From positions 161,448,001 to 161,512,000 of the forward strand of contig OX597815.1 of the NCBI GenBank assembly GCA_951406725.2: DNA of 64,000 nucleotides. The letters are read 5' to 3'. Both the position numbers and the translations under genes were made by a program. This document shows positions 28,223-40,054 of the stretch, piece by piece. The notes under the pieces were generated by a model. That model made no database searches. It was given only the letters and a program-made list of their open reading frames with translations, and was not told the origin of the DNA. This DNA comes from Octopus vulgaris. Its lineage: Eukaryota. Each line of letters begins with the position of its first letter. The stretch's first letter is position 1.

Positions 28223-28675
28223 ATATACTGCAAGTGTTATGTGTACTATATATGCTGATAGCTGTAATACTTGCACTGTATATTTTATGATTTATATTTC
28301 ATTATATAATTCATATGAAGTTTTATTATTAAAAATTTTATTATATCTTATATTTTATGATATACTTTATACCTATTAATCATTTTTATACATATATCTT
28401 TATTACATCTCATTCCTTTCATTTAATCATTCTAATATTCATTTTATATATTTTTATTCCTTTTATTCATTTGAATAAATATTTATTATATATTAATATT
28501 TAATGTGTATTAAACATGACACATTTAATACATGTTATACATTATCTATTTCAATTTTTTCATTAATTTAAAAAAATTTTTCTCACGATTTTTTCAGTAA
28601 ATTCATTTCAATATTCATTTCAATGATGCATGGACAGAAGGATACGTGTATGTGTGTGTTTGTGTGTGTGTGTAG

Positions 28676-29052
28676 AGAGAGAGAGTGAGAGAGAACAAGG
28701 AAGAGAGAGAGAGAGAGAATGAGAGAGAACAAGGAAGAGAGAGAGAGTGAGAGAGAACAAGGAAGAGAGAGAGTGAGAGAGAACAAGGAAGAGAGAGAGA
28801 GAGTGAGAGAGAACAAGGAAGAGAGAGAGTGAGAGAGAACAAGGAAGAGAGAGAGTGAGAGAGAACAAGGAAGAGAGAGAGTGAGAGAGAACAAGGAAGA
28901 GAGAGAGAGAGTGAGAGAGAACAAGGAAGAGAGAGAGAGAGTGAGAGAGAACAAGGAAGAGAGAGAGTGAGAGAGAACAAGGAAGAGAGAGAGTGAGAGA
29001 GAACAAGGAAGACAGAGAGAGTGAGAGAGAGAACAAGGAAGAGAGAGAGAGA
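28676..29052. repeat. Polypurine minisatellite, unit about 26-30 bp: (GA)n-GT-(GA)n-ACAAGGAA
   Basis: About 13 units read directly. Confidence 0.9.
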
Positions 29053-29129
29053 GATGCATAAGGGTGTGCATGTATATACACAGAGGCACAAGGCATGTAG
29101 AAATGAGTGCGTGCATGTATATACACAGA

Positions 29130-29255
29130 GGCACAACATAGCTGTGAGGTAAGACATTTGCTTGCCAACCTCATGTTTTGGGATTCAGTCCCAGTGTGTG
29201 GCACTTTGGGCAAGTACCTTCTACTACAGTCCCAGGCCAACCAGTAGAAGCCCAT

Positions 29256-29290
<35 letters not shown>

Positions 29291-29505
29291 ATGAGTGTGT
29301 GTGTATGCACATGAGTGTGTGTGTGTGTGTGTTTGTGTGCCTGTTTATCCCCACACACCACTTGATAACCAGTGTTGGTTTATTTATGTCACCATAACTT
29401 AACAGTTCATCAAAAGAGACCAATTAGAATAAGTAGCCTTCAAGGCAGTGCCTCAAAATGGCCACAATCTAGTGACTGAGTGACTGAAACGAATAAAAGA
29501 TAAGA
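29130..29505 (+). mobile_element. SINE family A copy
   Basis: Head, (GT)n and tail match family A. Confidence 0.75.
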
Positions 29506-29889
29506 GATTCCATATAAGATTCCTACTGAGGGAAACTCTATGTGCTAGAAATAGGGGTCAATTGACCCTATAGTTATTCAAAGGGTAAAAGACAAGAACA
29601 TTGTACTCTAGATAGACATTGATAGCTACAATGTTTTGATTATTGGGCTGTTTGATAAAGAATAAATTTAGGCTAAACAATAACATTAACAAGACTTAAA
29701 CAGCAGATTTATAAGGTAATTTCTTTCTATTTTGGGTAACTTATTATCCCCAACCTATTGCTATAATAAAAGATAATGACTATGAACAGAAATGTGATTA
29801 TAACTGGCTCCACCTGAACGCCTAAGTAGCTAACCTGAGATTAGTATCAACTTCCAATTTCTATATCACATAACTTTATCAATATTACC

Positions 29890-30128
<239 letters not shown>

Positions 30129-30464
30129 TGAGGAGAATATTATTTATTTAAGGTGATCAATTCAAAGCCATTACAAGATCATAAAGAAAAGAGAAAAAGG
30201 ATATACCAATTATGGAAAATGTACAACGATTGGAAAATAAGCTTAATAACTAAGAAAAAGGTTTAAATATACCTGTCAGTCAAATATGATTACTAAATTA
30301 TTTGTACGATTGTCAGATTGACCGATAAGACAATAACAATGAAAATATCACAAATTACCAGAGCAAGCATTGATTGTTAAAAATAAAACATGAAATGCCA
30401 TTTTTATAACTATATTCTGAGATCGGAGACAATGCAAAATAAATTTGAATGATAATATCACTAT

Positions 30465-31145
30465 AGGTGCAGGCATGGCTGTGTAGTAAGAAGCTTGCTT
30501 CCCAACCACATGGTTCTGGGTTCAATCCCACTGCATGACAGCTTGGACAAATGTCTTCTACTATAGCCTTGGGTCAGCCAGAGTCTTGTGAGAGGATTTG
30601 GTTGACTGAAACTGAAAGAAGCCCATCATATGTATATATTGGGTTGGCCAAAAGTCACCTGACAGTAAATCAAAATTCCATAAATACTATCTGTAATCCT
30701 GTATTGACTCAAATGGAAAAATTGTTTCGCTCAAGGAGGACATCAGTTTGAACAATTTTCATGATGTTTCACATTTAAATGCTTTTATTAAATTCATTCA
30801 GTTGTTGAACATAAATAAATCTTGGAATTAAATAGTTTTGATTTACTGTCAGGTGACTTTTGACCAGTATATGTGTGTGTGTGTGCGCGTGTGTGTATTT
30901 ATGTGTGTGTTTGTCTGTGTTTGTATGTGTTTGTCTGTGTTTGTCCCCCTGCCAGTGCTTGACAACCAATGCTGGAGTGTTTACGTCTCCGTAATTTAGT
31001 GGTTTGGCAAAAGAGACCAATAGAGTAAGTACTAGGCTTACAAAGAATAAGTCCTGGGATCGATTTCTTTGATTAAAACCATTTCAGGTGGTGCTCTAGC
31101 ATGGCTGCAGTCAAATAACTGAAGCAAGTAAAAGAATAAAAGAAG
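30465..31145 (+). mobile_element. SINE A copy interrupted by a mariner-type MITE
   Basis: The SINE head and tail flank the MITE inside the internal microsatellite. Confidence 0.8.
30637..30870. mobile_element. Tc1/mariner-type MITE
   Basis: About 30-bp TIRs tggccaaaagtcacctgacagtaaatcaaaa and ttttgatttactgtcaggtgacttttgacca, in TA context. Confidence 0.8.
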
Positions 31146-31680
31146 ACAATAAAAGAATATAAAGAAAAAGTTTTATGAAAAGGTGGCACACATTTGTAGG
31201 TGTGCCACCTTTTCGTAACTTTCATGACTTAGTTTCCTCATAACTTTCCAAAAAATAGCTATTTAGTTTTTTAGTGAAATTCTCTATAACTACTTTCAGA
31301 TGGTTTATATCAGACTAGCAGAGATACTCGGCACTGCTCGGGATTAAAATGCCATAGTTTTTTATTGTTTTACTTGTTTCAGTCATGTAACTACGACCAA
31401 GCTGGAGCACTGCCATTAGTCAAAGAAACCAGCCCCAGGATTTATTCTTAGCCTAGTATTTATTCTATCGTTGTCTTTTGCCAAACCGCTAAGTAACAGG
31501 TTAGTAAACACAGCAAGATCGGTTGTCAAGCAATGGTGATGGGTACAAACACATATAAACATGCATACACACACACAAATATACACTTATATACGACAGT
31601 CTTCTTTCAGTTTCCATATACAAAATCCACTCACAAGGCTTTTGTCGGCCTGAGGCTATAGTATATTTATGTACATATAC

Positions 31681-31711
<31 letters not shown>

Positions 31712-31789
31712 CACATACATATATATATACACACATATATATATATTCATATATATGCATATGTATGTACATATATATATATACATCTA

Positions 31790-31837
<48 letters not shown>

Positions 31838-31838
<1 letters not shown>

Positions 31839-32231
31839 TAGCAGTATTGCCCAGTGTTGCTCGGGTTTGTAAGGGAAATAACTATATAAGCATTTTTAGA
31901 GTTATAGCCAAAAAATAGCAAAACAATGCATTAAAAATGGGAAAAAAATTATGGTAAATTTTTTAAAAATCGTTGACTCATCGTAAGCATTTTTAGAGAG
32001 TTACTTCCCTTATATAATAGCGAAAAAATGCATTAAAATGGAAAAAAATTATGGTAAATTTTTTTTTAAATCGTAGACTCATCGTAGACGTGTGCTAATA
32101 CACAGAAGGGCTCGATATGAATCCCGACTATAAGATACCCAGTTTTGGTTAAACTGCACCGTAAAATGTGGGAGTAGTTAGGAATCTAAATCGTAGGAGA
32201 CAGACACACAACTTGACTTTTATATATAAAG

Positions 32232-32233
<2 letters not shown>
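31838..32233 (-). mobile_element. Non-autonomous Helitron-like element
   Basis: Reverse complement starts TCtttatatata and ends with hairpin cccgagcaacactggg plus CTAG; same family as 38500-39421. Confidence 0.7.
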
Positions 32234-32302
<69 letters not shown>

Positions 32303-32513
32303 TACACATATATATATATACGTACACATCTATATATATCATGTTTATATATTCGTTTTGTAAGATTCTTGATGTGAATTTGTGTGTTGAAACAGACATT
32401 GTTGTATTTGGGGATGGTCATGTTCCCAGTTTATTTGCATAAATATATACATGATTTTTACACACACACACACATATGTATATGTATATATATGTATATA
32501 TATATATATATAT

Positions 32514-33317
32514 AATAGAAATATTAAAATTACTAAGTCTCTCTAAAGGAGATTATGGCAGCGTTACTGGATATTAATAGTTATCGCCATACTAATATGG
32601 CAGTCTAAATATAAGACTTAAGCTGTCGCTGATTAGCTCCAAGAGGCCACCGCCTCTAGCTAGCTATATGACACACAAACCTGCATTCATTACAACCTTC
32701 AAACAGGGAAGGTCAGCCGCTTCACCTTGCTAGTCAGACATCTGCAGACATGTTTCAGGGTTGTTGCCCTTTATCAATGCAGCGTAGTCAGAACCAGCAG
32801 GTGTCGCTACTGACCGTCTGTTCAAAGATTTTATTTGCCTAGTTACAGTGGAATACATCCACTTGTTTTCAATAATAGAAATATTAAAATTACTAAGTCT
32901 CTCTAAAGGAGATTACGGCAGCGTTACTGGATATTAATAGTTATCGCCATACTAATATGGCAGTCTAAATATAAGACTAAAGCTGTTGCTGATTAGCTCC
33001 AAGAGGCCACCGCCTCTAGCTAGCTATATGACACATGAACCTGCGTTCATTACAACCTTCGAACAGGGAAGGTCAGCCGCTTCACCTTGCTAGTCAGACA
33101 TCTGCAGACATGTTTCAGGGTTGTTGCAAGTCCGTGTGTCATATAGCTAGCTAGAGGTGGTGGCCTCTTGGAGCTAATCAGCAACAGCTTTAGTCTTATA
33201 TTTAGACTGCCATATTAGTATGGCGATAACTATTAATATCCAGTAACGCTGCCGTAATCTCCTTTAGAGAGACTTAGTAATTTTAATATTTCTATTATTG
33301 AAAACAAGTGGATGTAT
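32514..33317 (-). mobile_element. PLE-like pseudo-LTR array: 360-bp direct repeat (about 1.7 units) plus an inverted arm
   Basis: 32514-32872 repeats at 32873-33127; 33135-33317 is the reverse complement of 32853-33035; contains an HHR. Confidence 0.75.
32742..32782 (-). ncRNA. Minimal type I hammerhead ribozyme, U3:A8 variant
   Basis: Reverse complement CTGCA-TTGATAA-AGGG-caacaa-CCCT-GAAA-CATG-TC-TGCAG; perfect stems I and II, palindromic stem III, GUC site. Confidence 0.75.
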
Positions 33318-33493
33318 AAACACACATATATATATATACATAAGTATATATATTGGGGAGATGTACTTGCATAGCAAGTGATTTGATCTGAGATTGTGTG
33401 CTGGAATGAAAACAATTGCAGCGTGGAAGGTGTTTGTAAGCCCGTTAAGAAACACACAAAAGCCGTTCGATTCACTTCAACATTTAAGTTTAA

Positions 33494-33544
33494 TTTGTCA
33501 AAATATTTTCGTCGCTTTAAGACCGCGACCTGTTCACTGACAAA
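33494..33544 (-). ncRNA. Minimal type I hammerhead ribozyme, G3:C8 variant
   Basis: Reverse complement TTTGTCA-GTGAACA-G-GTCGC-ggtcttaaa-GCGAC-GAAA-ATAT-TT-TGACAAA; 7-bp stem I and 5-bp stem II. Confidence 0.7.
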
Positions 33545-33712
33545 AATCCATGCTGCATAAATATATTTACATATATATATATATATATATACACATATAT
33601 ATACACATATATACATACATATATATATACATGCATTAATATATATATACACATACACATATATATACATACATAAATATATACACGTATATATGTACAT
33701 ATATATATATAA

Positions 33713-33808
33713 GTGTGTATATTTTAGGGGCTAAAACCACTATGTGGACAGCCATATGCTGCATATGGCTGTCCACATAGTGGTTTTTAGCCCTTAAAAT
33801 ATACACAC
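33713..33808. repeat. Near-perfect palindrome (about 47-bp arms, 1-nt spacer)
   Basis: ..accactatgtggacagccatatgc-t-gcatatggctgtccacatagtggt.. Confidence 0.9.
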
Positions 33809-33959
33809 GTATTAGAATTTTCTCTGATTTTCAGATTTTTGTATGCTAGGCTACTGGTTTAAAATTGATATTAATTAAATTAATATTCAATTTATCTCCC
33901 TCATTATTTAAATATACATATATATATATATATATATATATGTATATTTGAGTAATTGA

Positions 33960-35045
33960 ATGAATTATCTTATTAAGGATAATTCGAAAGATAACCGATA
34001 CCTGGGTAGAAATTCACATCAGAAAGAACACGGTTGAAGCTACGTCCCTAGATCATAGACTACGTGTCTTCGTGCGGAAATTTGTATGTTTATTTTAAAA
34101 TTATAAGTATATGAAAGAATGGAGTTGAACGACTAGTTAACAAATATCCTTTATTCTCGACATATGTTTCGAAGGCTGCATATTCCTAATTCCGAAGGAA
34201 TAAGGAGTACCTTATGCAGATTTCTCATCAGGAAAATCAAGGAACTTATGTGGACATCAAAATGCACAAAAAACTTTTAGCTGACCGCTCTCAAGGCGAT
34301 AATGAGTGTCTCTTTATAATGAGTGACGTCAGAGTGGCTGAATGTAGAAGAATCTAGAAGTTTCTAAAGGTTCAAGAGTTCAAACGAAGTAGGAGGAGGG
34401 AGGTATAAGAATAGTGAGGTGAGAGAGTGCAGGTCAACAGAATGGTGGGTTTAAATGATTTCTTTTGTGAATGAGTGCCTGTGTGTGTGACTGTATATAA
34501 CTGACTTAGTGTGTGTATGTGTGTGTCTGAATGCGTGATTGTGTTTGTGGATGGGTAGATGTCAAAAAACTGACAGCTGTGAGTTGAAAGGTCTGTATCT
34601 GTGTGTTCGATTATGTTTACTGTAGGGAAAGGAAAGTAGATAGCGAAAGGGAGAAAGAATCGGGCGAGGTGAGAGGCAACGCAAGAATGGATAGTAGTAA
34701 TTGGGAATATAAGAAAATCTTTTTTGACTATTGGGGTAAAATATAGCAAAAATTTTTTTGGAAATCGAGGGGTTATCTATATTAGTCACTATTTATATGA
34801 ATGAAATGTGTGTCTTTTCCAGTGTAAGCACCTGTATGACCTTTCGACGATTGTGTTTATTAAAGGGCCTTTGGTGAACAAAATATGAAAAAGTTCGGAA
34901 TTACAGATGCCACAAAATTTTCTGCCTTTATCAAACGGGAAGGACACCGACAAAATGGACCAGAGTTCCATGCAGTTGAAATCCAGATCTGTTCGATAAA
35001 AATATTTTATGAGGAGTATATAGCCAAGCAGTATGGTATGTGAAT
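33960..35045 (-). mobile_element. Penelope-like element 3' part (GIY-YIG C-terminus and 3' UTR/pLTR with HHR)
   Basis: ORF 34789-34971 LWSILSVSFPFDKGRKFCGICNSELFHIL..LINT..RCLHWKRH resembles the PLE endonuclease C-terminus; a canonical HHR lies downstream on the same strand. Confidence 0.75.
34153..34237 (-). ncRNA. Canonical-core type I hammerhead ribozyme with extended stem II
   Basis: Reverse complement ATTTTC-CTGATGA-GAA..CTGCATA..TCCT..TTCC/GGAA..AGGA..TATGCAG..TTC-GAAA-CATATG-TC-GAGAAT; GUC site. Confidence 0.85.
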
Positions 35046-35539
35046 ATATTTATTTAATCACTTGTCACCCTCAGAATTTCAAAGGTTTTACAGCCTTCTT
35101 CATGTAATAATAATTTCAGCATATAATATATTATATTTGTATCATCATCATCATCATCATCATCATTTAGCGTCCGTTTTCCATGCTAGCATGGGTTATA
35201 CATTAATATGCATGCAATGCATTATACAATTGTATATTCATAAATCAGTACAGATACAGAAAGCTAGCTCATGAGATCACCAGAGCATCATGGTTACACG
35301 AATGATTCATCCAATGATACATGCATCTGTTTTCCAATAACTCATGCATGGTGATTTGATGGTCTTTCCAAACAGCTGTATTTGAACTCAGAACTCAGAT
35401 GGATGAAATGCCACTAAACATTTTGCCTGGTGTGCTAATGATTCTCCCAGCTAATCATTTTAATGTCTTAGTAATTATTGAATGAGTTTTGTTTTTGTGT
35501 ATACCCATCTGATATTTTAAGCAGAAATTTATTATTTTG

Positions 35540-36900
35540 TCATTTCCAGGTAACTTTCTGTTGTTTGTGTAATGTAGCAGCAATCTTAATTTTGGGGTTA
35601 TTTCTTGCCAGTATTGACCTAGTGATGGGCTTTTCCTTGCTACACTCATAGCATTCCAGTCATTGCCTATAGTCTTCTACAGGCTTTTAGTTTAGTTGCT
35701 GTTGGGGCTGTGTTAATTTCAATTTGTTTTTAGTTTTTGGTAGTTGTTTTGGGTCAGAGAAGTGTTTGTTTAGTTCCACAGAATGTTATCATAAAATACT
35801 TTCCATGAAGACAAATTCTTTGATTTAGAGATTTCTTTGTCTTAAGAAAGTCTTTGATTCTGCATGTTATTTATATATTTATTTATGTATTTTGTATTTC
35901 TTGCAGTATTTCTCTTCCATTTTATTTTTTCTGCCTTGCATGTTTTCGCTGTCAATTTTGTTCAGAATTATGAGATTTTTGGTCTTTGATTTTCTGTCTT
36001 TCTGTTCGTGTTTTCTCTTTAGATGTTCCTGTATCAGACATTTTCCAAACGTACCCTGGGTAACCAGTATAGAAACTGCATAAATTAGATGTTTTATACA
36101 TGGTGGTATTGATGTTTGCCTTTACTTCTAATCTGAACATGATGGCTAAATTTGTTGTTGGTATGTTACTTTATCATGTTCTTTGTTTCATCCTTAGCTT
36201 CTTTTTCTTTCTCTTTTTTTCTTCAGCAAAGTGTTGTGGCTTTGCTCCTTGGTCCACAGAACGAACTTCTATCGACTTTCAATTCCTTGCAGCATTGGTA
36301 AAGTCTTGTAAATATACAACATTTATGGCTACATTTCTTACAATACTTCATGAAATAGAGACAGAGCCAATCTTATTTGAACATCATGTTTTACAAGTGC
36401 TTGAGGTCTTCCATAGATATTTGAGTATTAAGCTGATCTTTCACATCACTGCAATTACACATGGCTGAGTTGATTCTTCATCTATGCCCAAGTTGGGCAG
36501 AGAGCTGTGAAAACAGCTATTGGGAGAATCACGTTGGTTTGAGCATGAAGTTGTGAAAATGGCTTTGAGAGAGGAATTCACCAGGAACTGTAACATATGA
36601 GGTCTCAATTCCCTCGGGTTTTTAAAGCTAAAAGTCTCTGTATTTACGGCCTTCATTGAAAGAAAATTCTAGAACTTATCACATGAACAATAAGCACTGG
36701 TTTGCTGAAATGAGGTCTGCATGTGTGATAAACTTGTGATTTAGATGCGATTGGAAATGGAGTTGGGAAAACAAATGCTATATCCTTGATTGTTTTCACT
36801 TTGAGTTTATTGTCATAAACAAAATTTCAAACAGTAGATTTTCCCATACTTTGATCTTTATTCTGTTGTAATCATATATTCCTTTGATTGATTTAATTAT
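35540..36900 (-). mobile_element. Highly decayed LINE reverse transcriptase remnant
   Basis: Weak, in-order motif echoes (NQRDSP for QGDxLSP; YPGY for YLG); no open frame. Confidence 0.35.
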
Positions 36901-37589
36901 TTTTAGTTCTTGGTCTCTCTATGTGGTTTATGTTTACAATGCTTTAACATCACTAGTTTCATTTTTTTTTTATTGCTTGTTTTAATTTCTTGAATGTTTT
37001 TTTTTTCTTTCATTGGTATTATTTTAATGATATGTTCTGTCTGCTAACTATCAAATGTAAATAAATGTCTGATGCCTGATATCATTCCTGATATCGTTTT
37101 GGTTTTAAGAATGTATTTATTTAAATTGGCAAGTCTGTTTGGAAGATACAAAGTTATTTCTAGACCAAGGTTTTTTTTTTTATATCAGTTGTTGAAGTAA
37201 TCTTATTCTATGAGCAGAGCGTAGCTGTAAAATATATATGTTCAGTAAAAACATATTACACTCAAGATATTTTAAACATTTCTGTATTATAAATGTCACC
37301 TGTGTATCTTACATAATTAAGATATATACACCATTGAATGGCACGATGTTACAGTTTATATCTAAGTGAATATCTTCCCATTGACATGTTCCATTCAAAG
37401 CATAATATATACTGGATCAAGACCCCACTGCCACCACTGTTTTAGAAAGCAACAAAGGACATGGCTATGGGCATCGTTTCTTAGATAAACAGTAAGATGA
37501 GAGAGTCATGGTTGGAATGGTGTTGATCACAAGTTTTCATGCACAAACAACATTATTTTCATCCTCAATACTATATATTATATATAAGT

Positions 37590-37607
37590 ATACACACACA
37601 TATATAC

Positions 37608-37654
<47 letters not shown>

Positions 37655-37670
37655 TGTATATATGTATGTA

Positions 37671-37720
<50 letters not shown>

Positions 37721-37739
37721 CAACAATATATATACATAT

Positions 37740-37818
<79 letters not shown>

Positions 37819-37855
37819 TGTATATATGTATGTATATATGTATATATATATATAT
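37590..37855. repeat. (TA)n-rich microsatellite
   Basis: Read directly from the sequence. Confidence 0.95.
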
Positions 37856-38499
37856 CTTAGGTTCTTGTAAGGTATAAAGTCAGGGTATTTCCAGAGAAGC
37901 TCACAACCTGAATTCTAGGGTATCAACACTAAATTTTCACTTCAAATTTTTGCATAAAGTAGCATTGCAAGCAGGGCTGATGCAGAAACAATTGTAACAA
38001 ATTATTGTTCTTCCCACATGATCAGTGTTCAGCCAAGCATTATCTTTCTTTCTTGGCTTGACCACTGCCCACACAACACCTTATTTTCCTGTCTCCTGAC
38101 TTTCATCTATGTTTGTGCCTTAAGGCTTCCACTTTACATGCCAGCTCAATTTAAATTGTCCTTTTAAGTTGAAAGACACCTGTTGATGTTCTTGTCATTT
38201 GTATTTGTAACCATGTAAAAGTTTCTCCATTTTCTCATTTTTTTGTCTGTGTTGTCATATATATTCAGTTGCTTTCTTCCAAAAATTTAATGCCCTTAGC
38301 TTAGATTATTAGGGCCTGCCAATTTTGAAAAGTCTCAAGTGTAACAGACCAAAACTGCAATGAGGATTGGAAGTTTGACTGATGAAAGAAAGCCCCGAAT
38401 GTTCTGCCCTGGTTTTTCCTGTATCATCTGTCTGTACATATGTTTTTATTGTCATCTGTTACGTTCTTACTCTCTTATTCTGTTTTATATATATATATA

Positions 38500-39418
38500 T
38501 CTATATATATAAAAGTGAAGTTGTGTGAGTGTCTGTCTCCTACGATTTAGATTCCTAACTACTCCCACATTTTGTGGTGCAGTTTAACCAAATTCGGGTA
38601 TATTATAGTCATGATTCATATCGAGCCCGTCTGGGTATTAGCGCGCGTCTACGATGAGTCAACGATTTTAAAAATAATTTACCATAATTTTTTTCCATTT
38701 TAAAGCATATTTTTGGGGGTTCTTCCAAATTTTTCGTGTGTCGATGGCGGCGGAGTTGGCGTCCACGCTCACACCTGCACCTGTGTTGCTTCTCACCCTT
38801 CTTCCCTCCCTCGTGAAGCTGTGGGGAAGGCAGGGTAGGGAAATCAACGTAGTAAAGCTTTGTCAAGGAGACCAGCGTTCTTTTAGAACAACGACTTCAT
38901 GGCTTGAAGTCGCCAAAACAGAAATCGCTAAAAAAGCTGAAACAGATCCACAAAAACGGCAAAAACCGCCACACAGGGCAGGTTTCCTGGGCAAATAATT
39001 TGCACAACCGAATGTTTTAGTTGTTGCACAAATCTTTATATATAAAAGTGAAGTTGTGTGTCTGTCTCCTACGATTTAGATTCCTAACTACTCCCACATT
39101 TTGGGGTGCAGTTTAACCAAAACCGGGTATCTTATAGTCGTGATTCATATCGAGCCCTTCTGGGTATTAGCGCGCGTCTACGATGAGTCTACGATTTAAA
39201 AAAAAAATTACCATCATTTTTTCCATTTTAATGCATTTTTTCGCTATTATATAAGGGAAGTAACTCTCTAAAAATGTCTACGATGTGTCAACGATTTAAA
39301 AAAAAATTACCATCATTTTTTATTCCATTTTTAATGCTATTTTTTGCTATAACTCTCTAAAAATGCTTACATAGTTATTTCCCTTACAAACCCGAGCAAC
39401 GCCGGCTACGCGATACTG

Positions 39419-39421
<3 letters not shown>
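38500..39421 (+). mobile_element. Two adjacent non-autonomous Helitron-like units (38500-39030 and 39032-39421)
   Basis: Each starts TCt(a/t)tatatataaaagtgaagttgtgtg; the second ends cccgagcaacgccgg..ctgcta; homologous to 31838-32233. Confidence 0.7.
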
Positions 39422-39470
<49 letters not shown>

Positions 39471-39484
39471 GCACACACAACATA

Positions 39485-40006
39485 CAGGAAGTAAATAGAC
39501 ACCTTTAATTTTCAAAATCTTTTTATTTGATATTAATTGGTTGAAGGAGAGGTTTCTAGCTGCTCATCCATAATACCCAAGCATATGCAGATATGTAACA
39601 CACGTTTTTGGATTAACTTCTAGCTGTTTTGCAATGTCAGAAACCTGTGAACGGGGTTCATTTTCCACAATTCTCTTCAAACAGTGAAGCTTCCTTTCCA
39701 AGGGCCCAGGTCGGCCAGGACGAGAATCTGTTGATTCTTTTCCTTGGCTTTTGAATGGCACTATAATTCTATTAACATTAGCAAGAGGAATTTGAAGATT
39801 TTCAGCAATTTTTCACTGGCTAAGACCAGCCTCAGATTGCCCAACAATAACCTGACAGTTGTGCTGAATTTTTTGTGTGTGGCATGGTTACTCTTCACAA
39901 ATGTTTAATATAATGGCACCTGGAATGAAAATTCTACACTGCTGAAAACATATTAAGATGCTTAGATCAGAAATTTTGAAAATTAAAGGTGCCTATTTAC
40001 TTCCTG
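39485..40006 (-). mobile_element. Non-autonomous Tc1 element retaining the HTH DNA-binding region
   Basis: 34-bp TIRs caggaagtaaatagacacctttaattttcaaaat and its reverse complement; ORF with [29 protein letters not shown]. Confidence 0.8.
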
Positions 40007-40054
40007 CATGTCTGTGTATATATATGAAATAAAAGCAGCTCTAGATTAATAATT

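Noticed and set aside
28676-29052. Regular repeat array superficially like CRISPR
   Set aside because: No unique spacers, low complexity, eukaryotic context and no cas genes.
38319-38370. HHR-like TTGAAAA-GTCT..AGAC-C-AAAA-CTGCAA as a confident feature
   Set aside because: Too many core deviations; kept only as a weak member of the overall list.
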